Positions 37,733 through 39,709 of a DNA stretch of 39,709 nt are shown here, in pieces (within the stretch, counting starts at the first letter, position 1; each line of letters starts with the position of its first letter). Location of the stretch: the NCBI GenBank assembly GCA_016650015.1, contig JAENWV010000003.1, positions 1 through 39,709 on the forward strand. Direction: 5' to 3'. The translations under genes and the position numbers were made by a program. The notes below the pieces were generated by a model. It did not search any database. It had not been told where the DNA came from and was given only the letters and a program-made list of their open reading frames with translations. Source of the stretch: Thermoleophilia bacterium. GTDB lineage: Bacteria; Actinomycetota; Thermoleophilia; BMS3ABIN01.

Positions 37733-38889
37733 TTTCCCCTCATTCTCCTCATGCAGGCGAGGTACGATTCCCTGACATCAACAAGACAATCTCCGCCAAA
37801 CTTTTCCAGAAATGCCGCCGCCAGCTCTATGGCGACCATCGCCTCGGCGACGACCGCCGCGGCCGGGACAGCGCAGACGTCGCTGCGCTCCTTGAGCGCC
37901 GGCTCCTCGTCACCGGATACCACATCGACGGAACGCAGCGGTTTGGTCAGGGTGGGAATCGGTTTCATGCAGGCGCGAACGATGAGAGGCTCACCGTTGG
38001 TCATGCCGCCCTCGAGGCCGCCGGCATTGTTGGTGCGTCGATGATAGCCGGTATCATCGAAATAGATTTCGTCGTGAACAGCCGATCCCGGCCTGCCGGC
38101 CAGGTCGAAGCCCGCGCCGATCTCCGCCCCCTTGATGGCTGGTATGCTCATCAGTGCTCCGCCGATACGGCCGCCGAGCCGCTCCGGTCCCGAGGCGTAA
38201 GAACCCAGCCCGGGTATCAGGCCAAATGCCTGGACCTCGAAGACTCCGCCCAGGGACTCGCCATCCTTGCGGGCCTTGTCGATCTCCGCCACCATTGCTT
38301 CAGCGGCCTTCCCGTCCAGGCAACGAACCGGCGATTCGTCAACCTCCAGGAAATCCTCCGGACTGACTGCCGGTCGATCTGCTTCGATTATGCCGATCCG
38401 GGTCACATGGCTGACTACCGAAATCTCAAAACCGGCAAGCAGCTTCCGGGCGATCGCACCGACTGCGACCCTGGCGGCGGTCTCCCGGGCACTCGCCCGC
38501 TCGAGCACGCTGCGAACATCATTTAGTCCAAACTTCTGCATGCCCGCAAGGTCTGCATGGCCCGGCCGGGGAACTGTCAGTGGTGCACCTTTTTTTCCGC
38601 TTTCGGGCTGACCGGCCGCCATTGCCTCGGTCCAGTTCTTCCAGTCGCTGTTAGCGATCCTCAAAGCTATGGGCGTTCCCAGGGTAGTCCCGTGCCGTAC
38701 GCCACTCACGATTATCGCCTGATCGGTTTCGATCTTCATGCGGCCACCGCGGCCATGCCCCAGCTGCCGCCGTGCCAGGTCGCGATCGATATCATCAACG
38801 GACAGACCGAGGCCAGCCGGTACACCTTCGGCTATGGCAACCAGCTCGGGGCCATGGGATTCGCCTGCTGTCGTAAAGCTAAACGGCAA
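37717..38889 (-). CDS. aroC: Chorismate synthase
   Basis: TAGESHG, RRQLGHGRGGRM, PRPGHAD, ERASARETA, NNAGGLEGG, MKPIPTL, ERSD. Confidence 0.98.
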   Translation of the reverse strand: MPFSFTTAGESHGPELVAIAEGVPAGLGLSVDDIDRDLARRQLGHGRGGRMKIETDQAIIVSGVRHGTTLGTPIALRIANSDWKNWTEAMAAGQPESGKKGAPLTVPRPGHADLAGMQKFGLNDVRSVLERASARETAARVAVGAIARKLLAGFEISVVSHVTRIGIIEADRPAVSPEDFLEVDESPVRCLDGKAAEAMVAEIDKARKDGESLGGVFEVQAFGLIPGLGSYASGPERLGGRIGGALMSIPAIKGAEIGAGFDLAGRPGSAVHDEIYFDDTGYHRRTNNAGGLEGGMTNGEPLIVRACMKPIPTLTKPLRSVDVVSGDEEPALKERSDVCAVPAAAVVAEAMVAIELAAAFLEKFGGDCLVDVRESYLACMRRMRGNWPRG

Positions 38890-38994
38890 GAAATCACTCT
38901 CCCGTAATGAGATTTGTTTTTACCTGCGGACAGGCTCTGGAGCCGGCCTGTTGAGGAATGCCCCGAACCTTTTCGTTCAGGATTGACACTTGAG

Positions 38995-39558
38995 TTACTT
39001 TACCGGCGGCGGAGTGTATGTGCCACTGGTGCCACTGGTGCCACTGGTGCCACTGGTGCCGGTACTTCCCGTGGTGCCGGTAGTACCCGTCGTTCCTGTC
39101 GTGCCAGTTGTACCGGTAGATCCGGTGTAGGTATAAGTGCCGGTGGTGCCGGTGGTGCCAGTAGTTCCTGTGCTGGTTGACGGTGTCGTCGAAGTACCAG
39201 TGGTGCCTGTTGTGCCGGTGCCACTGGTCGTGCCCGAACTCTTGGAGACCTGCTGAATGAAAGGATCCTTCCTCAGAAACACAGGTTTCCAGGCGCTTTC
39301 GGCGGTCCTGTATCCATCGCTGGTACCGGAAACAGAATAACCGCTGGTCGATGGCGTATTCGACGACTTGTTAGTCGTGGTTCCAGTGGTTCCACCCGGC
39401 TTCGTCTCGGCATTTGTCTTCGCCGAGGTCGGCGGGGCAGTTTCCTCGCCACAGGATACAGCCAGGGCCACCGTGAGCATCACCAGTACGATGGCTGCAA
39501 CCGCCGCAAGTATCGGCGAGCCCCGAAATTTTACAAATTTTGTTACTAATATGTTCAT
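38995..39558 (-). CDS. Predicted lipoprotein, PilP-like (RKDPF motif), with a Thr/Gly/Ser-repeat C-terminus
   Basis: Signal peptide with lipobox AVSC, FLRKDPF, then (TGT)n/(GTS)n repeats. Lies between a PilO-like gene end and aroC. Confidence 0.55.
   Translation of the reverse strand: MNILVTKFVKFRGSPILAAVAAIVLVMLTVALAVSCGEETAPPTSAKTNAETKPGGTTGTTTNKSSNTPSTSGYSVSGTSDGYRTAESAWKPVFLRKDPFIQQVSKSSGTTSGTGTTGTTGTSTTPSTSTGTTGTTGTTGTYTYTGSTGTTGTTGTTGTTGTTGSTGTSGTSGTSGTSGTYTPPPVK
39020..39060 (+). repeat. 9-bp tandem repeat (GTGCCACTG) x ~4.5 encoding (Gly-Thr-Ser)n on the minus strand
   Basis: Exact units at 39020, 39029, 39038 and 39047 plus a partial unit; degenerate units continue to about 39235. 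Confidence 0.9.
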
Positions 39559-39578
39559 TTATTGATCATTTCCCGTAA

Positions 39579-39709
39579 TTATTGAGTGGCGCTTGTATCA
39601 CTCTGGGTTCTGCTGGCTGTCTTGCTCGCCGGGGCCGGGTTCGTCATGTAGGCGTTGGCTCCGATCTTCACCAGCACTTCCGGGAAGTCACCGTTATCCG
39701 GCTGCATCA
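39579..39709 (-). CDS. 3' end of an upstream gene, possibly PilO-like (type IV pilus alignment protein)
   Basis: Manual translation ...MQPDNGDFPEVLVKIGANAYMTNPAPASKTASRTQSDTSATQ*. The final beta-strand ending in AY resembles PilO C-termini; only 42 codons are visible. Confidence 0.4.
   Translation of the reverse strand, partial: MQPDNGDFPEVLVKIGANAYMTNPAPASKTASRTQSDTSATQ

Noticed and set aside
39020-39235. Repeats as a possible CRISPR array
   Set aside because: Contiguous 9-bp in-frame coding units with no spacers and no cas genes.

Overview
A GC-rich bacterial core-genome window, almost entirely encoded on the minus strand. Gene order resembles Firmicutes (aroC-aroK-aroB-aroQ-pepP-efp-carboxylase/accB-accC-nusB-xseB-ispA-dxs-tlyA-nadK-recN; pyrG-peptidase-nudix-ald-xerD-deoB-pdp; hisS-aspS-6S RNA; mnmA). 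The high GC, a SigB/SigF-type sigma factor and an apparently leaderless gene suggest a deep-branching monoderm such as Thermoleophilia-like Actinomycetota, but this is inference. The only plus-strand genes are an ECF sigma/DUF4349 pair and a membrane PAS-GAF diguanylate cyclase. I found no mobile element, CRISPR array, tRNA or rRNA. Most notable: (1) a degenerate one-cysteine IscU/NifU-like domain fused to a CXXC-type MnmA, possibly a built-in sulfur relay; (2) a pyruvate-carboxylase-type carboxyltransferase fused to a complete AccB; (3) a 6S RNA with its own promoter, apparently co-transcribed with a CXXC-less thioredoxin-fold lipoprotein; (4) a structured pyrG leader ending in a terminator; (5) a PilP-like lipoprotein whose globular domain is replaced by Thr/Gly/Ser repeats. 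All calls are motif and synteny recognition by eye; no database searches were run.
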